A DNA stretch of 64,000 bases, from contig OY970218.1 of NCBI GenBank assembly GCA_963713975.1, positions 1,984,001 through 2,048,000 of the forward strand, written 5' to 3'. The translations under genes and the position numbers were made by a program. This stretch comes from an uncultured Chloroflexia bacterium (lineage in GTDB: Bacteria; Chloroflexota; Limnocylindria; Limnocylindrales; CSP1-4). Of the stretch, positions 1 through 9,511 are shown one piece after another (the stretch's first letter is position 1; each line of letters begins with the position of its first letter). Under the pieces are notes generated by a model, which ran no database searches, was not told the DNA's origin, and saw only the letters and a program-made list of their open reading frames with translations.

Positions 1-2
1 AG

Positions 3-428
3 AACCAGTACACCCGCGCCGTAACCCGCGAGGGTGTGCCCCTCGCCCAGCAGCAGGTTTTGGCCGTGTTCGAGGTGGGGCCGCGCAAGTGGCGGGGCGT
101 GGGCGAGATCCCGATGTCCGGGTACCGTCTCCGCGCTGGGTACGCGCGGTTCGACGCCGAGCAGAAGTTCGACGTCGGGGACATCCACACGAGCGAGCAC
201 CCGGCCTGTATCGCTGGCGCCATCCTGACCGGCGACAAGACGCCGCTCGATTGCGCCGCCTATGGGACCCTGTGCAATCCGCAGAGGCCGCTCGGTGCCC
301 CGATGGTCAGCTCCGAGGGCACCTGCGCCGCGTTCTTCTCGGCCGGCCGCGGCCTCAACACCGCCGGCGGCTTCTCGCCCGCCCTGCCTCTGGTGCAGGT
401 CAGCCCATCGATGGAGACGCCGCGATGA
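3..428 (+). CDS. hypD: Hydrogenase maturation protein HypD, C-terminal part (5' truncated by window edge)
   Basis: The frame is open from the window edge (NQYTRAV...). WRGVGEIPMSG, CIAGAILTG, C..YG..C.P..PLGAPMVSSEGTCAA match the HypD C-terminal Fe-S region. ATGA overlap with hypE. Confidence 0.93.
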   Translation, partial: NQYTRAVTREGVPLAQQQVLAVFEVGPRKWRGVGEIPMSGYRLRAGYARFDAEQKFDVGDIHTSEHPACIAGAILTGDKTPLDCAAYGTLCNPQRPLGAPMVSSEGTCAAFFSAGRGLNTAGGFSPALPLVQVSPSMETPR

Positions 429-1504
429 CCGCTTCCGATCGGCCGCTGGTCACGATCGACGCGGACGGCGTCGCGTGCCCGGCGCCCATCCCCGAGGACC
501 AGCGCGTGATCCTGGGGCACGGGTCCGGCGGACTGCTGTCGGCGGCGCTGTACCGGGACCTGCTTGGTCCGGCCCTGGCTCCTGCCGCGCCGGGCGGTGT
601 GCTCAACGACGCGGCCGTGGTGGACATCGGCGGGGAGCGCGTCGCGTTCACCACGGATTCGTTCGTCGTGTCCCCGATCCGGTTCCCTGGCGGGGACATC
701 GGCGAGCTGGCGGTCAACGGCACCATCAATGACCTGGCCATGATGGGAGCGATGCCGACCGCGATCAGCCTCGCCTTCGTGATCGAGGAGGGGCTCCCGC
801 TCGAGGAGCTGCGCCTGATCACGATGTCGGCAGCGGCAGCGGCCACGAAGGCCGGGGCGCGGATCGTCACAGGCGACACCAAGGTGGTCGGCCGGGGCGC
901 AGCCGACAGGCTGTTCGTCAACACCGCGGGCATCGGGCTGATCCCGGACGGCGTCGTCCCGTCCGCGGACCGGGCCCGGCCCGGTGACGTGGTCATCGTG
1001 TCCGGCGAGATCGGACTCCACGGAGTGGCCATCATGAGCGTCCGCGAGGGGCTGGAGTTCGAGGTCGAGATCGCCTCCGACACCCAGGCGCTCAACGGGC
1101 TCGTGGCGGCGATCACGGCCGTGGAGCCCGACGTCCACGTCCTCCGCGACCCGACCCGCGGCGGTCTGTCGTCGGCGCTCAACGAGATCGCGGCGTCATC
1201 GCACGTGGGCATGGTCCTTGACGAGCCGGCCATCCCGATCCCGGGCGCGGTTCGTGCCGCCTGCGAGTTCCTGGGCCTGGACCCGCTCCACGTCGCCAAC
1301 GAGGGCAAGCTCGTCGCGATCGTGCCGGCGGCGTCGTCGGCAGCCGTCCTCGCGGCCATGCGGGCCGTCCCGGAGGGTGCCAGCGCCGCCGTGATCGGCG
1401 AGGTCGTCGCGGATCACCCAGGGATGGTGACCATCCGCACGATCGTGGGCAGCGAGCGGATCGTGGACATGCTCGTCGGAGAGCAGCTGCCGCGGATCTG
1501 CTGA
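425..1504 (+). CDS. hypE: Hydrogenase maturation protein HypE
   Basis: Motifs HGSGG, FTTDSFVV.P..FPGGDIG.LAVNGT.NDL, GDTKVV, RDPTRGG, ANEGK and the C-terminal GEQLPRIC. ATG at 425. Confidence 0.97.
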   Translation: MTASDRPLVTIDADGVACPAPIPEDQRVILGHGSGGLLSAALYRDLLGPALAPAAPGGVLNDAAVVDIGGERVAFTTDSFVVSPIRFPGGDIGELAVNGTINDLAMMGAMPTAISLAFVIEEGLPLEELRLITMSAAAAATKAGARIVTGDTKVVGRGAADRLFVNTAGIGLIPDGVVPSADRARPGDVVIVSGEIGLHGVAIMSVREGLEFEVEIASDTQALNGLVAAITAVEPDVHVLRDPTRGGLSSALNEIAASSHVGMVLDEPAIPIPGAVRAACEFLGLDPLHVANEGKLVAIVPAASSAAVLAAMRAVPEGASAAVIGEVVADHPGMVTIRTIVGSERIVDMLVGEQLPRIC

Positions 1505-1522
1505 GGTGCGGATCTGCTGAGG
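1492..1522 (+). repeat. 15-bp direct repeat GCGGATCTGCTGAGG x2 duplicating the hypE 3' end
   Basis: Identical copies at 1492-1506 and 1508-1522, separated by 1 nt. Confidence 0.85.
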
Positions 1523-1523
1523 C

Positions 1524-1925
1524 TCAGGCCTCCGGACGGTCGTCCGTCCTGCGGCGCTCCACGATCCGCGAAGCGAGGCGCGCCAGCCCATAGCCGAGGG
1601 CGATCGGGACGCCGAACCAGATCGTGGCGATCGCGCCCGAGAACAGGTCGATCGGCACCGGCCGGCCGTCGAGATACGACATGGCCAGGACGATGATCTG
1701 TCCGGCGATCTGGCCGAGCCCGACCACGAACAGCCCAGTCCAGCCCCGCGTGACGAGGCCCGCGACAGCGCCCGCGATGGCCAGCAGGAGCGGCGAGATC
1801 AGGACGGCCTGCGGCTCGCACACCTTGGACACGCCCTGGCCGACGCAGCCGATGTTCGTGCCCCCGAACACGGACAGCGGGACCACGACCAGGATGATGA
1901 CGAGGGCGATCCAGTCGCGCAGCAT
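1524..1925 (-). CDS. Hypothetical membrane protein (about 4 TM)
   Basis: Hydrophobic helices with a short CVGQGVSKVC loop. A TTG start at 1946 behind GGAGGAG is also possible. Confidence 0.7.
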   Translation of the reverse strand: MLRDWIALVIILVVVPLSVFGGTNIGCVGQGVSKVCEPQAVLISPLLLAIAGAVAGLVTRGWTGLFVVGLGQIAGQIIVLAMSYLDGRPVPIDLFSGAIATIWFGVPIALGYGLARLASRIVERRRTDDRPEA

Positions 1926-2214
1926 GCTGTGGCGGGATGTGTCCAATCCGGCTCCTCCGTGCCCCACGATGATGCCGCCCCGGGCGGCGTCGCGCCAGCC
2001 CGTTGCGCAGGGTCCGGCGACCTTGAGCGCACCCATCGCCGATGGCTGGGATGGTGCCGCACTGCCGTTGGCCGCTGCGGGATCGGTGCCGAAGCGGTAG
2101 CATCAGGACCATGCACAAGGTCCCCGAGACCCGCGACGTCATCGTTGTCGCCCCCACAACCCACGCCCCCAGGCCCTTCCCGGCCCCCGCGCCTCTCGCG
2201 CTCGCGGTGGCGTG

Positions 2215-2592
2215 ATGGAATTGGAGGCGCTGCTCGAGGCCGCCAAGGCCGCCCCGCCCGAGCGGCGCATCGAGTTCCGCGATCAGATCGCCGCCCACGG
2301 CACCCTCGCGATCGAGGGTGTGAAGCCGTGGCTCGTTGACGACGTTCTCGCAGCGTTTGCTGTTCGGGTGATCGAACAGGTCGGGATCCACGGCGAGCCC
2401 GAGATGGCCACGAAGGTGCTCCGGGCTGCACGCACGAAGGTGCCGCCCAGCGTGACGGACGACGTGACGTGGGCGCTCCAGCGCATCAAGCTGGCAGCTC
2501 AGCCCGAGCCGCCTCCCGCGCCCGAGCCCGTCGCCGTGGTCCGGCGAGCGCCGGTGCAGTCCGCTTCGTCCACCCGCCGCCGGACACGCTGA
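2215..2592 (+). CDS. Hypothetical alpha-helical protein
   Basis: Coding-like GC3 bias, amphipathic helices, Pro-rich and basic tail. Confidence 0.6.
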   Translation: MELEALLEAAKAAPPERRIEFRDQIAAHGTLAIEGVKPWLVDDVLAAFAVRVIEQVGIHGEPEMATKVLRAARTKVPPSVTDDVTWALQRIKLAAQPEPPPAPEPVAVVRRAPVQSASSTRRRTR

Positions 2593-2700
2593 CCTAGGGG
2601 GTCTGGCTCCGTCCGCCCGGCGGACGCACACGAACCCCGGTCCCGACCATCATGCCGGCGTGCGCGAGCACCCGCCCCAACCTCGCCCAACCAGGTCCAG

Positions 2701-4317
2701 ATGTCCCGTAGCGTCCGTCTCCGACCCTGGCAGCACGCAGCCCTCGCCCGCTACACGGCCACTCGGAATCGGGACTTCCTTGCCGTCGCGACGCCCGGTG
2801 CCGGCAAGACGACCTTTGCCCTGACGGCTCTGCGCACGGCGCTCGCGACGCAGCCGGCACGCGTGGTGATCGTCGCGCCGACCGCGCATCTCAAGCTCCA
2901 GTGGGCGGCGGCGGCAACTCGCCTGCATCTCCACCTGGATCCTGCGTGGTCGCCGTCGGATGGGGCGATGCCACCCGACATGCACGGCGTGGTCACCAGC
3001 TACCAGCAGGTTGCCATGAGCGCCCGAGACCTGCGGACGCTCGCACGTGGCGCGTTCGTCGTGCTCGACGAGGTCCACCACGCCGGCGAGGACCAGGCCT
3101 GGGGCGACGCCCTGCGCGTAGCGTTCGCCGACAGCGGACCTCGCCTGTCCCTTTCCGGAACGCCGTTCCGCAGCGACACCCGGGCGATCCCGTTCGTGCG
3201 CTACGAGGCTGACGAGGCCGTCCCTGACTTCGAGTACGGCTACGGCGATGCCCTCCGCGACGGCCGCGTGGTGCGCCCCGTCTACTTCCCACGCGTCGGC
3301 GGGGATATGGAGTGGAGCGCCCCCGACGGAACCCTCCACCAGGCAACCTTCGACGACCCCCTGGCGACGCAGCTGGCCAACCAGCGGCTTCGGACGGCGC
3401 TCGCCCTCGACGGCGATTGGCTGCCGGCGGTGCTGCGCGACGCGGTCGCGCGCCTTGCAGACGTCCGGCGCCACCAGGCGGACGCGGGCGGCCTGGTCAT
3501 CGCCATGGATCAGGACCATGCCCGCGGCATCGCAGCCTTGCTCAGGCGCGAGATCGGGGAACCGGCCGTCGTCGTGACCTCGGACGATCCGGCGGCCTCC
3601 GCGCGGATCGTCCAGTTCGCGGCCGGTCGCGACCCGTGGTTGGTGGCCGTGCGGATGGTTTCCGAGGGCGTCGACATCCCGCGCCTGCGTGTGGGCGTGT
3701 ACGCGACGACCATCACGACCGACCTCTACTTCCGCCAGGCGGTGGGCCGGTTCGTTCGCTGGGTGCCCGGTGTCCGCGACCAGCGGGCGTGGCTGTTCCT
3801 CCCTGACGACCCGCGACTGCGGGTCCGAGCTTCGGAGATCGCGGAGCAGCGGCGTCACTCGCTGCGGCGCTCGCACCAGGACGACGAGGGCGGCCTGCAA
3901 CCGGTACTGCGGCCGGACGCGCCGATGCTCGGCGACCAGCTGTCCCTGTTCACGGCCCTGTCGGCGGTCGTGGCCGGCGACGGGTCCACGCAATCGCCGT
4001 GGCACGAGCCACTCCCGGACGACTGGGGGGATGGGGCCGATGCCTCGATCGAGGTCGAGCTGGGTCCGCCGCCCGCGCTCATGGCTCCGCCCGGCGGTGG
4101 GAGCGGCCCGACCCGGCGGGAGCTCAAGGACCGCCTGCGGTCGGCCAACGCCGACGCCGCGAGGGACATTGCGAGGGTGTCGGGGCTCTCGTTTGCGGCC
4201 GTCAACCTGGAGCTCAACCGGCAGGCCGGGATCCGTCGCGTGACCGAGGCCACGGAGGACCAGCTCCAGGCACGTCTCCACGCGGGCCGACGCTGGCAGT
4301 GGCGCCTGGGCCGGTAG
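2701..4317 (+). CDS. Superfamily II DEAD/DEAH-box helicase (ResIII-like)
   Basis: Walker A ATPGAGKT, DEVHH, LSGTPFRSD, VRMVSEGVDIPRL, QAVGRFVR. Confidence 0.92.
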   Translation: MSRSVRLRPWQHAALARYTATRNRDFLAVATPGAGKTTFALTALRTALATQPARVVIVAPTAHLKLQWAAAATRLHLHLDPAWSPSDGAMPPDMHGVVTSYQQVAMSARDLRTLARGAFVVLDEVHHAGEDQAWGDALRVAFADSGPRLSLSGTPFRSDTRAIPFVRYEADEAVPDFEYGYGDALRDGRVVRPVYFPRVGGDMEWSAPDGTLHQATFDDPLATQLANQRLRTALALDGDWLPAVLRDAVARLADVRRHQADAGGLVIAMDQDHARGIAALLRREIGEPAVVVTSDDPAASARIVQFAAGRDPWLVAVRMVSEGVDIPRLRVGVYATTITTDLYFRQAVGRFVRWVPGVRDQRAWLFLPDDPRLRVRASEIAEQRRHSLRRSHQDDEGGLQPVLRPDAPMLGDQLSLFTALSAVVAGDGSTQSPWHEPLPDDWGDGADASIEVELGPPPALMAPPGGGSGPTRRELKDRLRSANADAARDIARVSGLSFAAVNLELNRQAGIRRVTEATEDQLQARLHAGRRWQWRLGR

Positions 4318-4345
4318 CCCGGCGGTCCGCCGCCCCGGGATGCGG

Positions 4346-4372
4346 CGAGGCCCCTCCGGTGGAGGGGCCTCG
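4346..4372. terminator. Hairpin between convergent genes
   Basis: CGAGGCCCCTCC-GGT-GGAGGGGCCTCG, a perfect 12-bp stem. Confidence 0.7.
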
Positions 4373-4416
4373 GGTTGCCGCGCGAGTGATATCGGCCGGC
4401 GGGGCCGGCCGTGCTG

Positions 4417-5988
4417 TCAGCTTGTCTGTGCCTCGACGTGCTTCCTGCCTACGGTGAGCGTCAGCGCACCGTAGATCACGAAGGCCACCGCCAGGCCAAC
4501 GGCCCAGCTGTAGTCGTAGAACGGCTTGAGGAACGGGATGAGCCCGTCCGCGGGGAACGGCTTCATGTCCGTCTGCGAGTACGCCCCGCCGATGGCGATG
4601 AAGATGCCGATGAGCAGCGACGCGACGGCGATCCAGTTCCAGCCCTTGGCGTACCCGTAGACGCCGTCGGTCCGATACAGGTCGGCGAGCTTGAGCTGCT
4701 TGCGGCGGACCCACCAGTAGTCGGCGATCAGCACGCCGGCGATGGGGCCGGTGGCGCCACCGTAGGTGCCCAGCCAGGTCCAGATGTACTGGTTGGGATC
4801 GGCCAGCAGCTGCCAGGGCATGATCAGGACGCCGATGATGCCCGTGATGATGCCGCCGGTCCGGAAGGAGATCTTGCGCGGCCAGGCGTTCGAGAAGTCG
4901 TACGACGGGCTCACGACGTTGGCGGCGACGTTGGTCGTCAGCGTGGCGAGCGCGAGCGCCGCCAGCATGACGATCAGGGCGATCGGGTTGTCGAGCTTGC
5001 CGGTCAGCTGGACCGGATCCCAGATCGCCTCGCCGAACACGATCACGGTGGCCGACGTCGTGAGGACGCCCACCAGCGGGAACAGCGTCATGGTCGTGGG
5101 CAGGCCAAGGGTCTGGCCGATGGCCTGCTCACGCTGGCTGCGGCCGAACCGGGTGAAGTCCGGCATGTTCAGGGAGAGCGTGGACCAGAACGCGATCATG
5201 CCCATCAGGGAGATCGGGAAGATCTTCCAGAAGTCGGGGCCCCAGCCAAGCTTGCCGGAATCCTCGACGACCGGTCCGAGGCCGCCGGCCTGGGCGACCA
5301 TCCAGACCATGAGGCCCAGGAAGACCACGATCAGGAACGGGGCCGCCCAGCCCTCGAAGCGCTTGATCGCCTCCATGCCCCACATGATGATCATGATGTT
5401 GAGCGCCCAGAAGATGGCGAAGCACAGCCACAGCGTCCACGGATGAGCGGGCGCATCCCCGAAGCCGAGGGCGATCCCCGACGCTCCGGTCCAGCCCGCG
5501 GCGTCACCCGTCAGGGTCAGGAGCAGCGCCCCGACCACGGCGAACAGCGCGGTGCCGCCGATCCAGGTCTGGATACCGAACCAGCCGCAGGCCACGAAGG
5601 CGCGCATCAGGGCCGGCAGGTTGGCGCCGTAGGTGCCGAACGACGCTCGTGCGATGACCGGGTAGGGGATGCCGTACTTGGTGCCCGCGTGGCTGATCGC
5701 CAGCATGGGGATCAGGACCAGCACGTTGGCGAGGAAGATCGTGAACAGGGCCTGGTACCAGGCCATCCCGAGCAGCATCAGGCCGGAGGCCAGCAGCCAG
5801 GTCGGGATGTTGATCGCCATGCCGATCCACAGCGACAGGTAGTTGTACGTGGTCCAGGTCCGCTTCGCGACCGGGACCGGGGCCAGGTCCTCGTTGTGGA
5901 GCGCGCCACCCAGGCCGGCATCGACCTCTGGGCTCAGCTCCACTCGTCCATCGGGAAGGACCGTTTGCTCCATCGACGCCAGTGCCAT
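4417..5988 (-). CDS. NCS1 family nucleobase:cation symporter (uracil/allantoin permease-like)
   Basis: NEDLAP, GTKYGIPYPV..RASFG, ACGWFGIQTW, LNMPDFTRF, NVAANVVSP; about 12 TM; GAGGAGG RBS. Confidence 0.93.
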   Translation of the reverse strand: MALASMEQTVLPDGRVELSPEVDAGLGGALHNEDLAPVPVAKRTWTTYNYLSLWIGMAINIPTWLLASGLMLLGMAWYQALFTIFLANVLVLIPMLAISHAGTKYGIPYPVIARASFGTYGANLPALMRAFVACGWFGIQTWIGGTALFAVVGALLLTLTGDAAGWTGASGIALGFGDAPAHPWTLWLCFAIFWALNIMIIMWGMEAIKRFEGWAAPFLIVVFLGLMVWMVAQAGGLGPVVEDSGKLGWGPDFWKIFPISLMGMIAFWSTLSLNMPDFTRFGRSQREQAIGQTLGLPTTMTLFPLVGVLTTSATVIVFGEAIWDPVQLTGKLDNPIALIVMLAALALATLTTNVAANVVSPSYDFSNAWPRKISFRTGGIITGIIGVLIMPWQLLADPNQYIWTWLGTYGGATGPIAGVLIADYWWVRRKQLKLADLYRTDGVYGYAKGWNWIAVASLLIGIFIAIGGAYSQTDMKPFPADGLIPFLKPFYDYSWAVGLAVAFVIYGALTLTVGRKHVEAQTS

Positions 5989-6603
5989 GGGCCTCCTCAC
6001 CTCCCAGGCAGGACCGGAGTCCCGCCTCGTGACTATGCGACGCCGGCCGGTCTCGCGACCCCACCGTGCGCCGGGCGACGCACGGCCCCACGGGAACGGC
6101 GCATCAGCGCCGGACCCACAGGGAGCAGGGAACGGGAGTCGCGAGGCTCGAGCCGCATCTTGGCGGCACTATCCCATACCGGGCAAGCCCCGCGTGCGGC
6201 CAGTCCGACGTGTCGTCAGGATGGGTCCGCAGGCGTGGCCAAACCAACGATGAGCGTGCACCGTCAAGGGCTCGGGCCTCCTCGGGTGGTCGGGACGTCG
6301 CAATCGATGGCCCATTGGAGCATCGTGACGCCGGACGGCAGAGGGCCTGAGGTCCCGAAAAGGAGCGCCGTTCGGGCCTCGCGGACGACGGCCAGAACCG
6401 GGTCGGCAGCCGCGGGCTCGCTCGGCGCCCGTGCGCCTGCTCGTCCAGCGCCCGCGCGTAGCCTTCGGCGTCCTCGTCGAGGTAGCCGCCGCGGCAGGCG
6501 TCCGCGTCGGCCCGGCGGATCGATGGCGGTTCGGCCACCCGCACCCGCGCTAGGCTTGGGCCGTACGCAGCGACCTCTTCAGCGACCACAGGAGCAGCCA
6601 CGC

Positions 6604-7587
6604 ATGGAGTACCGAAGGCTCGGCAGGACAGGGCGCCAGGTCAGCGTCATCGGGTTCGGGGCCTGGGCCATCGGCGGCGACTGGGGAGCGGTGGACGATG
6701 CCGACAGCCTGCGGGCGCTGCATGCCGCCGCGGACGCCGGGGTGGACCTCATCGACACCGCGGATGTCTACGGGGACGGCCGCAGCGAGCGGGTCATCCG
6801 CCGGTTCCTTGCCGAGAGGTCCGGCGAGACCTTCTTCGTCGCCACCAAGATGGGCCGTCGCGTGCCCCTGGACATGGCCGAGTACACACCGGAGGCCTTC
6901 CGGGGCTGGCTGGACCGCAGCCGCGAGAACCTGGGCGTGGAGACGCTGGACCTGGTCCAGCTGCACTGCCTCCATCCGTCCATCTACTACCACCCAGAGA
7001 GCTTTGCGGCACTCGACGAGCTGGTGGCCGGAGGCGTGATCGCGGCCTACGGGGTCAGCGTGGAGAAGGTGGAGGAGGGGCTCAAGGCCATCGAGTTCCC
7101 CGGCGTTGCCACCGTCCAGATCATCTTCAACATGTTCCGCCAGCGGCCCGCAGACCGCTTCCTGGCCGAGGCGGCGCGACGCGACGTCGGGGTGCTGGCC
7201 CGGGTGCCGCTCGCGTCCGGCCTCCTGACGGGCAAGCTCTCCAGCTCGACTCGCTTCGGGCCGGACGACCATCGACTGTTCAACCGCCACGGGGAGTCCT
7301 TCGACGTTGGGGAGACGTTCGCCGGCGTGGACTACGAGACCGGCCTGGCCGTGGCCCAGGATCTCCGGTCGATCGTGCCCGAAGGGGCGACCCTTGCCCA
7401 GGCCGCCCTCCGCTGGATCCTCCAGCACGAGGGGATCACGGCGACGATCCCGGGTGCGAAGACGCCGGAGCAGGCACGTGCGAATGCGGCCGCGGCGGAC
7501 CTTGCACCACTGCCGCCGGCAGCCATGGCTCGCGTGGCCGAGCTCTACGAGGCGAGCATCAAGCCGCTCGTCCACCAGCGCTGGTAG
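6604..7587 (+). CDS. Aldo/keto reductase
   Basis: MEYRRLGRTG..VS.IGFGAW, DTADVYG.G.SE, ATK, DLVQLH, PLASGLLTGK, IPGAK; AGGAG RBS. Confidence 0.93.
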   Translation: MEYRRLGRTGRQVSVIGFGAWAIGGDWGAVDDADSLRALHAAADAGVDLIDTADVYGDGRSERVIRRFLAERSGETFFVATKMGRRVPLDMAEYTPEAFRGWLDRSRENLGVETLDLVQLHCLHPSIYYHPESFAALDELVAGGVIAAYGVSVEKVEEGLKAIEFPGVATVQIIFNMFRQRPADRFLAEAARRDVGVLARVPLASGLLTGKLSSSTRFGPDDHRLFNRHGESFDVGETFAGVDYETGLAVAQDLRSIVPEGATLAQAALRWILQHEGITATIPGAKTPEQARANAAAADLAPLPPAAMARVAELYEASIKPLVHQRW

Positions 7588-7590
7588 GAG

Positions 7591-8835
7591 ATGCCGCTCA
7601 TGCCATCCGAGGCCACCTACCGCGTCCCCGGGGCCGTCCTCACCGAACGTGAGCACGCCATCCCGCTGGACCACGCCCGTCCCGACGGGCAGTCCATCAC
7701 CGTCTTCAGCCGCGAGGTCGCGGACCCCGACGGCCTGGACCGGCCATACCTGGTGTTCCTGCAGGGCGGCCCAGGCTTCGAGGCGACGCGACCCACGAGC
7801 CCGCCGTCGGGCTGGATGCGGCGCGCACTCGCGGAGTACCGGGTCCTGCTGGTCGACCAGCGGGGGACCGGCCGCTCGACGCCGGTGGGGGAGCGCATTC
7901 CCGGGGCGACGCCCGAGGACCAGGCGGCCTACCTCGCCCACTTCCGCGCCGATGCGATCGTCCGCGACTGCGAGTGGATCCGGCGCGAGCTCGGGGTGGA
8001 GCGCTGGACGTTGCTGGGCCAGAGCTTCGGCGGATTCACCTCGCTCACCTACCTGTCGTTCGCACCCGAGGGGCTGGCCGCCGCGCTGATCACCGGCGGG
8101 CTGTCCCCGGTTGGCCGGCCCGTGGACGATATCTACCGCGCGACCTACGTCCGCGTGCTGGAGGCGAATCGACGCTACTTCGGACGCTACCCGGACGATC
8201 GAGCACGGGTCCGGGAGATCCAGCGGCGGCTGGAGAGCGAGGATCGCCGCCTGCCCTCCGGGGATCGGCTGACCGTGCGCCGCTTCCGCCAACTGGGCAT
8301 GTGGCTGGGTGACAGCGCGGGCTTCGAGCGCCTCCACAACGTCCTGGAGCTGTCCCCGGGGTCACCTGCATTCCTGCACGACGTCGAGGGCGCCGTTGGC
8401 TGGGCTCGCAACCCGATCTACGCGACCCTCCACGAATCCTCATACGCGGACGGCGTGACCACCCGCTGGTCGGCATCGCGCCTGCTCCCCGACGAGGTCG
8501 AGGCCACGGAGGCGTTCACTTCCGAGCACGTGTTCCCGTGGATGTGGGACGAGTGCAGCGGCCTCCAGGGCCATCGTGATGCGGCCCACCTGCTCGCGGA
8601 GCACCCGTGGCCCCGCCTGTACGACGCGGCGGCGCTGGCCGTGAACGAGGTCCCGGTGGCGGCCACGATCTACGTCGATGACGTCTACGTCGAGCGGTCG
8701 TTCGCGGATGAGACTGCGGCGCTCGTCCGGGGGTTGCGACCCTGGATCACGAACGAGTACGCCCACAACGGCCTGCGCGCCGATGGCGAGCGCGTCGTCG
8801 GCCGGCTGATCGACATGGTCAAGGGCCGGGCCTGA
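7591..8835 (+). CDS. pip: Prolyl aminopeptidase (alpha/beta hydrolase)
   Basis: LQGGPG, DQRGTGRS, nucleophile elbow GQSFGG, DDVYV, EYAHNGLR. Confidence 0.85.
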   Translation: MPLMPSEATYRVPGAVLTEREHAIPLDHARPDGQSITVFSREVADPDGLDRPYLVFLQGGPGFEATRPTSPPSGWMRRALAEYRVLLVDQRGTGRSTPVGERIPGATPEDQAAYLAHFRADAIVRDCEWIRRELGVERWTLLGQSFGGFTSLTYLSFAPEGLAAALITGGLSPVGRPVDDIYRATYVRVLEANRRYFGRYPDDRARVREIQRRLESEDRRLPSGDRLTVRRFRQLGMWLGDSAGFERLHNVLELSPGSPAFLHDVEGAVGWARNPIYATLHESSYADGVTTRWSASRLLPDEVEATEAFTSEHVFPWMWDECSGLQGHRDAAHLLAEHPWPRLYDAAALAVNEVPVAATIYVDDVYVERSFADETAALVRGLRPWITNEYAHNGLRADGERVVGRLIDMVKGRA

Positions 8836-8842
8836 CGCCGCG

Positions 8843-9511
8843 TCAGGGCAGGGGCGTCTCGAGCACGTAGCCCACGTCGCCCGCCGCGGGGCTGGAAGGG
8901 GCCGGGCTGGCAGGATCCGGCGAGGAGTTCTCGAACAGGTACGTGAACTCCGGGCCGTTGTGGCAGATCCAGCAGTTGTCGCCGCGGCCCCGCATCGACT
9001 CGGGCAACGGCGCGTGATCGTCCACGCCGTGGCAGGTCGTGCATGCCTGGCTGCCGCCCATGTGCTCGGGCCGCGGCGCGGGCGCGCTGTTCTCGCCGGC
9101 CTCGACGCGGGTCTGGTGGCAGATCAGGCAATCGTCCTTGTGCAGGCTCGTGTGGCCCGGGGCCGTCTTGACCAGGCTGCCCTCGGTATGGCACGCGGTG
9201 CAGTTGCGCCACCCGGTGAGCGGATGTGCCATCACGGGGATCGGCCGGGTGCCGACCGTGCCCGAGGTCGTCATGTGGCATGCGTTGCAGTTCGCATCGG
9301 CGGGCATCTCGATTCCGACGGGCGCGAGGGCCATCGCCGATCTCGGGCTCGCCGACGGGCGGGGCGCCGGTGTGGGCGACGGTACCGTCGCCGTGGTCTC
9401 GGCCAGATCGGGGACGGCAACCAGGACCAGGAATGTCCCGACGATCAGGATGCCCAGCGTCAGGGTCGCGGCGGCGATGCGGAACGCGTACTTCGCGACG
9501 CTGCGGATCAC
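8843..9511 (-). CDS. Membrane-anchored pentaheme cytochrome c
   Basis: N-terminal TM; CNACH, CTACH, CLICH, CTTCH, CWICH. Confidence 0.88.
   Translation of the reverse strand: MIRSVAKYAFRIAAATLTLGILIVGTFLVLVAVPDLAETTATVPSPTPAPRPSASPRSAMALAPVGIEMPADANCNACHMTTSGTVGTRPIPVMAHPLTGWRNCTACHTEGSLVKTAPGHTSLHKDDCLICHQTRVEAGENSAPAPRPEHMGGSQACTTCHGVDDHAPLPESMRGRGDNCWICHNGPEFTYLFENSSPDPASPAPSSPAAGDVGYVLETPLP

Noticed and set aside
2701-4317. Helicase as part of a restriction or anti-phage system
   Set aside because: No methylase, nuclease or other defence gene nearby; it looks like a stand-alone SF2 helicase.
4411-6603. N-terminal 730 aa of the 1058-aa ORF
   Set aside because: Antisense to the NCS1 gene; the real AKR starts at 6604 with an RBS.
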